Shown: positions 9,901 through 18,599 of the stretch, in pieces
How the letters are laid out: every line of letters starts with the position of its first letter
Position numbering within the stretch: the first letter of the stretch is position 1
Assembly: GCA_963666875.2 (NCBI GenBank)
Contig: CAXXPU010000003.1
Coordinates: forward strand, 7,114-71,113
Length of the DNA stretch: 64,000 nt
Origin: Candidatus Cloacimonadales bacterium
GTDB taxonomy: Bacteria; Cloacimonadota; Cloacimonadia; Cloacimonadales; JAIOQZ01
Reading direction: 5' to 3'
Made by a program: the position numbers and the translations under genes
The notes under the pieces: model-generated
What the model saw: the letters and a program-made list of their open reading frames with translations, nothing else
Databases searched by the model: none
What the model was told of the DNA's origin: nothing

Positions 9901-10285
9901 CACCCTGACGGGTTTACAGCCCGAAACGCACTACTACGCCAGGGCTTATGCTATCAACGCCGCCGGAACCAACTACGGCGTCCAGCTCGATTTCTATACC
10001 CTCGCGCTCGGCCCACCCGCAGCACCGCAGGATGTTCAGATTTCCGTCACCGATACCGGCATCTACCTGACCTGGAACGAGGTGATCGACGCAGACGAAT
10101 ATTACATCTACCGTGTGGACAATCCATCGATTACCGACTGGGGAGAACCGATCGGCAGCACGTCGGGAACAAATTGGCTGGATACGGCGCCGCTCCGCGA
10201 CGGGATGGCGTATTACCGTATCACGGCGGTGCGGAATGTCAGAACTGTAAACACGGAAAGTGGCGGTGAATCAGTTCGAAAATAG
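6953..10285 (+). CDS. large secreted multidomain protein: choice-of-anchor D/J-like (MAM-like) modules and a C-terminal fibronectin type III-like domain
   Basis: Signal peptide MIRQRFLWMMILLFLTTCPALFA. The segment TFDGTFPPTGWSRQT...LITPYITIS...VRLAFRASENYMGDGVFLDDVLV resembles choice-of-anchor J. IDMGEIPVGETTATSFTITNL and IEFGTIVLGEDSFGFFTINN look like HYDIN/choice-of-anchor D modules. PAAPQDVQISVTDTGIYLTWNEVIDADEYYIYRV looks like FN3. No T9SS C-terminal domain is seen. Confidence 0.8.
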   Translation: MIRQRFLWMMILLFLTTCPALFADVHISPNGVVGTGTQGGIHVTQDLYNDGQFVYASSHIRFFGEGVSNVLGRSGLYVRRLVLDKNTDGFLYLMEPVGVGDSLLLLSGAMDFAGGVRQTEPVISNAGRRDTDMVRKEVAATFEQSQTRKKTSRKELQKTGIAESVFTLEGSEREDERQPLIITERDGSLILGDQATIRLQGGSLLQSPGLNGDYNLIYRCPQTTGAELISCVNALQKMTLEMTSGTLILNKNAWVNQSLTLGTANLDTDEYTLTMGETAPIIGHPDNIVGDYTGTAIEVNTGSYINSTFLVYISAGTSIGNFYPLLFTEPDMIGPSGSVERQWFVESDAAPYGRNMQFGWLITEDNGLDLSSVQLWRSDDRSQWMSFGHPLDMSGSGNLRVITAYNVSELGWWTIGQALFDISEYTIDMGEIPVGETTATSFTITNLTDSYQYGYVFTPDWITAEYTSRSRAAAGREQPLNIERDETIDRSYAYYSVDASGTTGITLQCKPQSQGEFAESIQIRLSSNNFPTRVLTLTGTGVMPDIEVSPTTMDETLAQDETTTAPLTIRNVGLQQLDYSIECGTVLLSTTFDGTFPPTGWSRQTLSGSRAWSRSSTIGHTDTYSAYASRSSVYDSRLITPYITISSATVLSYWIRTQYPPTYGGMFDVEITTDGSHWTSIDSYSQNTLSQVFEQKTLDLSPWSGSTVRLAFRASENYMGDGVFLDDVLVKDTAPVSWLSVVESAGSIPAESYLDVDIQLDASGLSDGTYDAGLLITSNDPLEPLVSVPVTLNVQTAACHLSVSDIEFGTIVLGEDSFGFFTINNTGNAPLEGSISAPDTYNIVTSHRRTDSARKETLQLTNANDDPIRETVNFSITAGGSLSYSITFTPEAIGQYEDILTITHNAPGSPDHITLLSDVITTPTVTTIAVTDIEYTTAVVVGNVSATGGAEVSSRGVCWDTQHHPTLDDSYTTEGSGTGAFTSTLTGLQPETHYYARAYAINAAGTNYGVQLDFYTLALGPPAAPQDVQISVTDTGIYLTWNEVIDADEYYIYRVDNPSITDWGEPIGSTSGTNWLDTAPLRDGMAYYRITAVRNVRTVNTESGGESVRK

Positions 10286-12688
10286 TTCGATGCGATAGAG
10301 TAGATTCTCGAAATCACGGGGAGGATATGCACGCAGCGTGTCTTCCCCGATTTCTTTTTCCAGCGCATCAAGCTGCCGTTCGACCTCGTAATTTACACGG
10401 TAGTCCGGCAGGGTGGTCACTTTATGGAAAAAATACCAGGCGGGAAGCTTCTGATCGTATTTCAGATAGAGATCGGCCAGCGTTCGGAAAGTCTCCCGAT
10501 TCGCGGCTCGCCCCGGGAATCTCCGGTAATACTCCATCAGATTCCGCCTCGCCTCGCGATAATCCTTCTCGCCGTAGTGGATGGCGTATCGAAGGAAAAG
10601 CACGTCGCTTTCGAACCGCGACGAATCCCGCACAGCGATGCTATCCAGTGTGTTCAGCGCATCGTCGAAGGCGTGCAGATAGATCTGGTTCTTGGCGATC
10701 TGTAACATAATCGCGCTTGTATCTACGTGGGTGGTATCGTCGAAGAAGCTGTAGTAGATGTCGTTCGCCTGCGCGTAGAGCTTGCGTTTCTCGTAGATAC
10801 CCGCCAGCGAAGTCAGCAGATTGTAGTACTGAAGGCTATCGCTGACTGCGCCTGCCATGCCGGAATAGATTTCCGCGACCTGACGCACTTCCAGTTCCAG
10901 TGCAATCTTTTGAAGCAATTCGAGCGACCGGTCCCGGAGGGGAACTTCGGTACGAACCGAATCCGGCACAATGAGATCTCTCAGGATTATCACGGCCTCG
11001 TCGTCGCTGTCCTGCTCATGCAAAGCGATCGCCCTTGAATAGCGGATGGAGTCCAGATCGCCGATTCCCCTTGCCAGCAGCGTATCGGTGAAGCCGATCA
11101 ACTGTCCGTACAGCTTCTGCTCCATGTAGTAGGCGATCAGATCGTAGGAGATACGGGCTGCACGCGGATCGTCCGGGTACCGCTGCACGTAGTTGAGCAA
11201 AAAATCCTCCGTGGTCTCGTACTCGCCGAGGTTGTACTTCGAATACTCGCTTCGGTAATGGACTTCCGGCGTGGTCTCCGATTCGATCAACGCGTACAGT
11301 TCGTTCGCCTTCTCGAAATCACCCTGCTCGTAATAGTGGTCTCCGAGGAATTGCATGTAGCGTCCGAACTCGTCCTTCGTCAGATCGCTCCGGAAGCGGA
11401 GAGCCTCCGATTCGAGCGTCTTGTTGTAGGTCAACGCCACAAGGTTGTCCAGGTACTTGATCAGGAAGCCATGATTCGGACTCTTGTACTTACGGAACAT
11501 GGTCTTGAAGTATTGACGGGCGATATCGGGGTGCTTCGTGAAGGTGTAGAGATTGGCAAGATTATAGTTTGCAACGGAATCCCATTGTGTCTCCGTGTCC
11601 AGATTTTTTATCCAATAGAAAGCAGTGCTGTTGTATTTGTAATAGCCGCGATACGCCCAGCCAATGGCGTAATTGGCAAAAAGCTCCGATTCGGGCTGAA
11701 GTTCCTGAAAGCGTTTGAAATTGCCCACTGCGGATTCGTACCGTTTGAACCGGTAGTCGAGTTCACCTTTCGCAAGCGATGCCAGTGCGCTGTTATAGAT
11801 GTAACTCTCGCCGACACGACGCATGATCTCGTCCGCGGCACCGTAGTGCTTTTGCCGGATGGCGAGCATGGTTCGGCAGAGATTGCTCTGATCGGTCAAC
11901 GGCAGGAACAACTCCAGATGCTCTGTGGTATCGTAGCGGTTTCGCTCCATGAAATAGAGCATGAAGCGGATCAGCGTGTCTTCGGAGAGGATTTCGAGGT
12001 CCGGCGGCAATTTCGGTTCTCTTCCATGTTCGAGGCTGATCATCGAGAGGTAGTCCGCCGCGATGGAGTTGATCGGCTCCGCGCTTTCCAGCATCAGGCT
12101 GTCGAACACCGCCGAACACGACTCGATCCTGCCCATGTAGTAATCTGCCACCGCGCGTACAAGGCGTTTCTCGTCGAAGGTGAAGAGTCCCTCCGGCATC
12201 ATGTCCAGCAGATTGGATACCTGCTCGAAATTGCCGTTGAGGAAGAGCGAGATGAAGATTTGCTTGAGCTCCGCCATCTGCTTGAGCGTGCGCAGTCTGT
12301 CGAACTCGCGGAAGGATTTTTTGACCTCGTCAAGCCGGTAATGGAGAATGAAGGAGCTTTGCAGATACCAGTAGATGTAGCGCGGGAACCAGGTTTCCTG
12401 AAATGCGCGCGATTGTTCCTGCACGGTCCGGATGTATTCTTCGTAGCGTCCGAGTCGGTAGAGGACATCGAGTCTCAGCAAGATATGATGCGGATCGTCG
12501 CTTTCGCAGTCCCCGATCAACTCCCATGCCGCCGAATATTCCTGTGTCCGCATGAGTTTCTCGGCCTGCTCGAAGCGATCCAGAGTCAGATCGTCCAGCG
12601 TAAGGTCGGTTCGATAGCGATCGAAGTCATTCGCGCAGAGCATGCCGAACAGCATCGCGACCAGCAGAACCGAACCACGGATACGCAT
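10271..12688 (-). CDS. TPR-repeat protein with N-terminal signal/anchor
   Basis: I place the start at ATG 12688, giving MRIRGSVLLVAMLFGMLCA. The protein is long, helical and Y/A/L-rich with a repeat pattern typical of TPR. It lies 1 nt downstream of the activase gene stop. Confidence 0.75.
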   Translation of the reverse strand: MRIRGSVLLVAMLFGMLCANDFDRYRTDLTLDDLTLDRFEQAEKLMRTQEYSAAWELIGDCESDDPHHILLRLDVLYRLGRYEEYIRTVQEQSRAFQETWFPRYIYWYLQSSFILHYRLDEVKKSFREFDRLRTLKQMAELKQIFISLFLNGNFEQVSNLLDMMPEGLFTFDEKRLVRAVADYYMGRIESCSAVFDSLMLESAEPINSIAADYLSMISLEHGREPKLPPDLEILSEDTLIRFMLYFMERNRYDTTEHLELFLPLTDQSNLCRTMLAIRQKHYGAADEIMRRVGESYIYNSALASLAKGELDYRFKRYESAVGNFKRFQELQPESELFANYAIGWAYRGYYKYNSTAFYWIKNLDTETQWDSVANYNLANLYTFTKHPDIARQYFKTMFRKYKSPNHGFLIKYLDNLVALTYNKTLESEALRFRSDLTKDEFGRYMQFLGDHYYEQGDFEKANELYALIESETTPEVHYRSEYSKYNLGEYETTEDFLLNYVQRYPDDPRAARISYDLIAYYMEQKLYGQLIGFTDTLLARGIGDLDSIRYSRAIALHEQDSDDEAVIILRDLIVPDSVRTEVPLRDRSLELLQKIALELEVRQVAEIYSGMAGAVSDSLQYYNLLTSLAGIYEKRKLYAQANDIYYSFFDDTTHVDTSAIMLQIAKNQIYLHAFDDALNTLDSIAVRDSSRFESDVLFLRYAIHYGEKDYREARRNLMEYYRRFPGRAANRETFRTLADLYLKYDQKLPAWYFFHKVTTLPDYRVNYEVERQLDALEKEIGEDTLRAYPPRDFENLLYRIELFSN

Positions 12689-12689
12689 C

Positions 12690-13472
12690 TTACATCCCCT
12701 TGTTATCTCCAATCGCCAACAGTGCCGCACCGTAAGCGCCGGTCATGACCGGGTTTTCCGGTGTGATGAATTTCCTTTCGAATACCTCTTCGAGATAGTG
12801 CCTCAAGCCCTCGCTGCGCGCCGTTCCGCCGGTGAAAACAAACTGCTCCGTCATCGGCAGTCCGGACGCCATACCGCGAATCCTCCGAGCGATCGAATCG
12901 AACACCCCGCGCGCAATCTCGCCCGGCTTCATGCCCTTCGTCAGAAGACCGATGATCTCCGATTCGGCGAAGACCACGCAGGTATTGTTGACCGGCACGG
13001 TCTCCTTCTCACTCAGCGCAAGTTTCGAGAGATTCTCGACGTCCGTCTCCAAAATGATGGAAGCGGTTTCGAGGAACCTTCCCGTGCCGGCGGCGCAACG
13101 ATCATTCATGGCGAAGTCGATCACACTGCCGTTTACGTCGATAGCGATCGCCTTGGAATCCTGTCCGCCAATGTCGATTATGGTGCGCGCTTCCGGCAGA
13201 AACCACCGCACACCGCGCGCGTGGCATCCGATCTCCGAGACCGGTTTTCCTGCGAACGCGCTCTTGCGTCCGTAACCCGTGACAAAGACGCTGTCGATAT
13301 CCGAAGGTTGAAGCTGCAAGGCTTGCAACGCCTTTTCATACAACATCTTCGCGCTGCGTGTGTGCACCGCGCCCGTGTCGGTGTAATCTGCGAACACGAA
13401 TCGATCTCTGTTTGCGTCGAACACCGCGATCTTGGTGGTGCGCGAGCCTGAATCAATTCCGATACCAATCAT
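12690..13472 (-). CDS. acyl-CoA dehydratase activase (BcrAD/BadFG/HgdC-type ATPase)
   Basis: MIGIGIDSGSRTTK...VTGYGR...EIGCHARG...IIDIGGQDSKAI...MNDRCAAGTGRFLE...TCVVFAESEII is collinear with HgdC-type activators. Confidence 0.9.
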   Translation of the reverse strand: MIGIGIDSGSRTTKIAVFDANRDRFVFADYTDTGAVHTRSAKMLYEKALQALQLQPSDIDSVFVTGYGRKSAFAGKPVSEIGCHARGVRWFLPEARTIIDIGGQDSKAIAIDVNGSVIDFAMNDRCAAGTGRFLETASIILETDVENLSKLALSEKETVPVNNTCVVFAESEIIGLLTKGMKPGEIARGVFDSIARRIRGMASGLPMTEQFVFTGGTARSEGLRHYLEEVFERKFITPENPVMTGAYGAALLAIGDNKGM

Positions 13473-13474
13473 AA

Positions 13475-16004
13475 TTACGATAATATATGGATGAAAAAGT
13501 TATCTTCCGTGAAATATTCCTGCGAGATGGCGCGAATGTGTTCGAGCGTGACCCGCTCCAGCCGCTTTTCGCGCTCCAGATAATACTCGTATCCGAGACC
13601 GATCGCCTCCAGCATCGAGATCGAAGTCGCCTGATGCAGCACGCTCTCATCGTCCTGCAACCTGCTGCCGCGTATGGCGTTCCGTGCGATTTCCAGTTCC
13701 TTTTCGCCGATCGAATTGGTCTTACACTCCTCAAGGATATCGCGGATCACTTCGAGACTCTCCTCCTCGCCGTCGCGGTTAACCTGCGCCCACACACGGT
13801 AATAACCCAGCTTCTCCAGCGCGTGAAAATCGAATTCGACCGAATATGCCAGACCGCGCTTTTCCCGAAGCTCGGTGTAGAGTCGCGAGTTGAGGTCGCC
13901 CGCCGAGTATCTGTGAAAGCACGTAAAATGCGGTGTTCTTCTCCCGTTCGTCGTATCGACAACCGAATCCGCCAAGCTGGATAATGGACTGGTCCATGCC
14001 GGTGTCTTTCCGCCTGAAACGACGATCGGACGGAGCCAGAAGCGCTTCCTGCGTCGTGGGTGGAAGGGACCGGTTCTCGAGGTTGGCAAGCGTCTTCTCG
14101 AGATATTCGATCGTCTCCTCGACAGGCATGTCGCCCACGATCGTGATCACCATCTGGCGCGGATTATAATAGGTTCGATACCACTCGATAATCCTCTTGC
14201 GGGAGATGTCCCGCAGATCCTTGATCCGTCCGTAGCGATGTAAAAGATTGCTGTGCTGTCCGAAAATCATCTCCTTCCAGAGCTTTCCGGAATACTGCTG
14301 CGGGTAGTCCTTGATTCGATTGAGCGAGCTGACGACCGTATTGCGAATGTTGTGCAGATGGTCGTTCGGGAAAAGTGGCGCCGAGAGCACGTCGTGCAGA
14401 AGATCGAGCGCCGTGAATAGCTTGTCTTCGAAGCACTTGCAGCGGATCGTGGTCGTCTCCAGATGGTTGGTCACGCCCAGCACGATGCCCTGATCGGAGC
14501 AATACTCGAGCATTTGCAGGTAGTTACGCTTCGCATTACCATGCATCAGCAGCGTGGATGTGAGTTGGTTGATCCCGCGGCTTCCTTCCCGCTCGTTGAG
14601 CTGCGAGGCGACGATTCCGATAGCGATACCGATGGTTGGTTTGCCGGTGACCTTCTTCAGGCACACCTTCATCCCGCTGGATAGCGTGGTCGTCACGCAG
14701 TCAGCGACAGTGGATATCTCAGGTAGCGCCGCCCTTTTCTCACGCGATAAAACTCGTTTCGGATCGAGGTGATCGCTCCCCATATAATAGACCTGCAACA
14801 CTTCCGGGTACAGGTACTTGCGAATCACGCGACGTGTGTCGGCCTCGGTGATGCGGGATACAATCTCCGGCAGCCGCACGAAACTCTCCCAGCCGACGGT
14901 CAGTTCGTCGTTGCCCAGGCTCATGCCCAGCGATTCGGCGTATTCGCCGGTGTAGCGATGCTGGTGCAGGGATTCGGTCTTGATCCGGTCCAGTTCGTCG
15001 CTCTTCATGCCGAACCGGTAGAAATCTTCCAGCTCGTCGCGAACGATCCCGATGATGCGGTACGGATCGCCGCCCTTCTTGGGGTTGACCATCAGGATGG
15101 CCATGCCGTCGTTGACGCCGCTGTAGGAGTGCAGTTGCATGCCGTCGATCAGCTTTTCCTTTTCGAAGAGCCGTTGATACAATCGAGAGTTCTTGCCCTG
15201 TGCGAATGCCTTGATTGCCAGGTTGTAGGCGTTGAAGTCCTCGTTAAGGTCCGAGAAATCAGGGATGCTGAAGGCGAGAAAACCATTGGCGAGCTTGCGC
15301 TTGTATTGCTTGAAGCCCGACTTCACCGGCAGCGGATCGAGCGGGAGATTGCCGTGATGCACCTTCGCCGGCTTCCAGTCGCTGAAATACTCGCTCATCA
15401 TGCCGGTCAGTTCGTCAGGCTTCAGATCGCCGCAGGCGACGACGTAAGCGTTGTTCGGCACGTACCATTTGTGACGAAATCGCTGAATATCCTCGAATCG
15501 TGCTTTACGTAAAATCTGTTCGTCGCCGATCACCGGATTCCGAAGCGGATTCTCCGTGAAATAATCCTGCGGTATCCGTTCCAGAAATACCTCTTCCGGA
15601 TCGTTGCGATACTGTTTCAGTTCTTCGAGAACGACCTTCCGCTCCGATTCGAATTCGATTTCGTCGAAGGCGGTGCGGCAGACTAATTCGGACAGGAGAT
15701 GCAGACCTTCTCTGGTATATCTGGAAGGGAGCGTTATGAAGAAGCAGGTCGAGTCGTACTCGGTATAGGCATTGAGCGTACCGCCGTAGAAGGCCGCCTT
15801 CTCGGAAAGGGAGCCGTCCGGGAAATCGCGAGTCGATTTGAACACCAGATGCTCCAGAAAGTGCGAGAATCCGGCTTCTTCGGGCTTTTCCCAGCACGAA
15901 CCCACCCGTACGAACACCATGAGGCTGATCAGCGGATTGGCGTGCGACTCCGACATGATGATTTTCAGGCCATTCGGCATGACACTGGTTTCGATTTGAT
16001 ACAT
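13475..16004 (-). pseudogene. tandem M16 (insulinase-family) zinc peptidase interrupted by one +1 frame change
   Basis: ORF 13779..16004 carries HFLEH (the HxxEH zinc site) and a second, inactive M16 half. It reads ...FYVLSQILGG and then goes out of frame. The overlapping ORF 13475..14089 continues with DLNSRLYTELREKRGLAYSV... (conserved M16_C). The junction is at 13881-13897 (ctcggcgggcgacctc on the minus strand). Removing one G or C restores about 840 aa. Confidence 0.8.
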
Positions 16005-16016
16005 TCCTTCTCCGGC

Positions 16017-16784
16017 TCAGCGTTCGATGCAGGCGTACGCGTTGTGGTTATGGATCGATTCCATGTTCTCGGCCTCGATGCGGAAATGGGTGACGCGCTT
16101 GTCGTTTTGAAGCTTGATTGCCAGCTCGCGAATCACGTCTTCCACGAAGCGCGGGTTGTCGTACGCCTTCTCGGTGACGTGCTTCTCATCGACGCGCTTC
16201 AGGAGAGAATAGATCTCGCAACTGGCAGAGGATTCGGCGTATTCGATCAGCTCTTCCAGCCAGATGAAATCGGTGTAGGAGACCTTGATGCGGATCATGG
16301 AGCGCTGGTTGTGTGCTCCGTAATCGCTGATTTCCTTCGAGCACGGACAAAGCGTGGTGACCGGCACTTCCACCCCGATTTCGAGCCGGTAATCTTCTTT
16401 ACAGGAGGCTTCGAAGATACAGTTGTAGGACAGGATCGATTCGATCCCGCTGACCGGCGCTTTCTTGCGCATGAAATACGGGAATCGTATCTTCGTGAAG
16501 GCAGCGTCCGCGTTCAGTGCCGATTTGACGTCTTGCAGAAACGGCTCGAGATTGTGGATGAACGACTCCTCGTGATAGCGATTCAGCACCTCGATGAACC
16601 GGCTCATGTGCGTGCCGCGCTCGCTGTGTGGAAGCTGAACGTAGATGTCCAGTTCGGCCGTCGTGTGCTGTGTTTCTCGCGCTCGATCCTCCACCACGAT
16701 CGGGTAATGGATGTTCTTCACCCCCACCTTGTCGATAGTGATGTTTCGCCCGTCCTGCTGACTCTGTACGTCTCTAACTTCCAT
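16017..16784 (-). CDS. folE2: GTP cyclohydrolase FolE2 (type IB)
   Basis: I place the start at ATG 16784 (MEVRDVQSQQDGRNITIDKVGVKNIHYPI). ERGTHMSRF, TTLCPCSKEIS...GAHNQRS and the length are typical of FolE2/MptA. Confidence 0.85.
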   Translation of the reverse strand: MEVRDVQSQQDGRNITIDKVGVKNIHYPIVVEDRARETQHTTAELDIYVQLPHSERGTHMSRFIEVLNRYHEESFIHNLEPFLQDVKSALNADAAFTKIRFPYFMRKKAPVSGIESILSYNCIFEASCKEDYRLEIGVEVPVTTLCPCSKEISDYGAHNQRSMIRIKVSYTDFIWLEELIEYAESSASCEIYSLLKRVDEKHVTEKAYDNPRFVEDVIRELAIKLQNDKRVTHFRIEAENMESIHNHNAYACIER

Positions 16785-17784
16785 CTTCGGTTTCCAGTAG
16801 TTCCTTGATGCCCATGGTGCGCATGGAGATGATCTCGTCACCCTCCTGATAATAGATAATCGCGTTCACGTCGGGATAGGACTTGGCAAGCTCGATGGCC
16901 TTTTCCGGTTTTAAAAGAAACATGGCGGTCGAGAGCGCGTCGGCGAGGGTTGCGTTGGGCGCGATCACCGTCACCGAGATCGTGTTCTGCGCCGGATAGC
17001 CGGTCATGGGATTGATGATATGATGATAACGTACATCGTTCTGGATAAAGAATCGCTCGTAGTCGCCCGAAGTGACCACCGCGCACTCCTTCAGGTTCAG
17101 CACGGCGATGACGTCTTCCCTGTCGCGCGGGTGCCGGATACCGACCCGCATCGTGCCGATATCGCCGAAGTAGCGGATATCGCCTCCGGCGTTGATATAA
17201 CCTGATAAAACATCCTTCGTCATCAGAAATTCCACTGCTCTGTCGATGATGTATCCCTTGGCGACGCTGCCCAGATTGATCTTGAATCCCACCGGTTTGA
17301 TCAATTCCGCGTCCGAGACGGTCAGTTTATCGAAGCCTACGCAGCGCTGCGCAACGACGATCGCCGCGGAATCGGGCACGATCTCGTTCTCGAAATCCCA
17401 GAGATCGCTCAGCACGCCGATCGAGAGGTCGTACAGCGAATCGGTCTTTGTATAAAGCTCTGCGCCCAGCGCCATCATCGAACGGACATCTTCCGAGATA
17501 GTGAACCGCGTCGTGTCGGAGAGATTCATCCGCACGATTTCACTGCCATCCTTGAAGTAAGACAGGCGGTCTTCGTAACCGCTCATCAGGCTGAAAGCGC
17601 TGTCGATGAGCGCATCCGGATTCTTGTCCGTCGTCCGGATCGAAATCTCGACGAAGGTGTCCAGCAGGATCTCCGAGCGCTTCGTTTCATACGAGCGTGT
17701 CATGTATCGCCATGCCGCGAATGCGATGATCGCGATCAGCAGCAGAAGCTGGAATATCTCTTTGCGTTTCATATCGTTCCTCAT
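16774..17784 (-). CDS. apbE: FAD:protein FMN transferase ApbE
   Basis: An N-terminal membrane anchor, plus LGSVAKGYIIDRA, INAGGDI, TSGDYERFF, HHIINPMTGYP and ADALSTA motifs. Confidence 0.85.
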   Translation of the reverse strand: MRNDMKRKEIFQLLLLIAIIAFAAWRYMTRSYETKRSEILLDTFVEISIRTTDKNPDALIDSAFSLMSGYEDRLSYFKDGSEIVRMNLSDTTRFTISEDVRSMMALGAELYTKTDSLYDLSIGVLSDLWDFENEIVPDSAAIVVAQRCVGFDKLTVSDAELIKPVGFKINLGSVAKGYIIDRAVEFLMTKDVLSGYINAGGDIRYFGDIGTMRVGIRHPRDREDVIAVLNLKECAVVTSGDYERFFIQNDVRYHHIINPMTGYPAQNTISVTVIAPNATLADALSTAMFLLKPEKAIELAKSYPDVNAIIYYQEGDEIISMRTMGIKELLETEDGS

Positions 17785-17818
17785 TCTATATTATCATAAA
17801 TAAGCAGTTAGTAAGAAA

Positions 17819-17827
17819 ATTATACCA
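17819..17827 (-). promoter_or_regulatory. candidate extended -10 element (TGGTATAAT) for the apbE operon
   Basis: The minus strand reads TGGTATAAT about 35 nt upstream of the apbE start codon. A TTGACA lies only 11 nt upstream, so this would be extended -10 type. Confidence 0.35.
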
Positions 17828-17867
17828 GTCGCATTTGTCAATCGTTTGTTGTTGGAATCGTATTCAT

Positions 17868-17916
17868 CCGGCATAACTTCTGAATGTGCCGCAGGCTCTT
17901 CTGAATGTTATGCCGG
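17868..17916. repeat. hairpin element: 10-bp perfect stem enclosing two copies of CTTCTGAATGT
   Basis: CCGGCATAAC (17868-17877) pairs with GTTATGCCGG (17907-17916). The loop holds TTCTGAATGT twice, 21 nt apart. Confidence 0.8.
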
Positions 17917-17941
17917 AAAAGCAGGGACGACAACACCACCC

Positions 17942-17967
17942 GTAGCGCTCGACCTCCGGGCGAGCCT
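17942..17967. repeat. 26-nt repeat with an exact inverted copy at 29053..29078
   Basis: gtagcgctcgacctccgggcgagcct is the exact reverse complement of 29053-29078. It contains a GCTCG-N9-CGAGC hairpin. Confidence 0.9.
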
Positions 17968-18021
17968 CCCCTGAAAATCCCCAATGGCGAGCCTGACCGT
18001 GTCGATCATGCTTGAGCACCT

Positions 18022-18072
18022 GAAATCAACATTCGGAAGAGTCGCTCCGCAACACATTCGGAAGTTGATTTC
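18022..18072. repeat. hairpin element: 9-bp stem enclosing two copies of ACATTCGGAAG, in opposite orientation to the 17868 element
   Basis: GAAATCAAC (18022-18030) pairs with GTTGATTTC (18064-18072). ACATTCGGAAG occurs at 18029 and 18054. Confidence 0.8.
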
Positions 18073-18147
18073 TTAGGGATCGCCTCCTGCAAAGAAAAAC
18101 ATGGACAGAAACGGTGATTCACAGAGGATGGAAAATTGAGGTAAACG

Positions 18148-18591
18148 ATGAAAAAGATAATAATTGCACTGATGCTTCTCGCCGGGCTGTTTCTCTATGC
18201 GGAAGAGCCGCTTGAAGTAATGAAAGACGTCGATCGGGAACTGCAATCGATCGCATTACAGGCGCACGACGCGACTACACTCGAAGCTGTACTCGTATTG
18301 ATGAAGAAGCTGACCCACCAGATGTCGAGATACGCGTATGCGACGATGGACATGCAAAAGCAGTTGATCGAGACGCAGACCTATCCCGATTCGCTGGACA
18401 GAACGTTGATCCAGTATGGCAGTAACATGCAGAAAAGCATGATCGAGATGGAAATGGCGGTTCGGAAATTCGAAACCGAACCACGCATGAAGGAAGCCCT
18501 GAAAGAATACAGATCCAAAATGAACGAACTCGATCGCCTCATGCACGAATCATTGGACGACCGGAAAAACGAGAAGCCGGAGCAGGAGTGA
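18148..18591 (+). CDS. small secreted all-helical protein, hypothetical
   Basis: Signal peptide MKKIIIALMLLAGLFLYA, then charged helical sequence. The stop overlaps the next ORF. Confidence 0.7.
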   Translation: MKKIIIALMLLAGLFLYAEEPLEVMKDVDRELQSIALQAHDATTLEAVLVLMKKLTHQMSRYAYATMDMQKQLIETQTYPDSLDRTLIQYGSNMQKSMIEMEMAVRKFETEPRMKEALKEYRSKMNELDRLMHESLDDRKNEKPEQE

Positions 18592-18599
18592 ACACTGTT

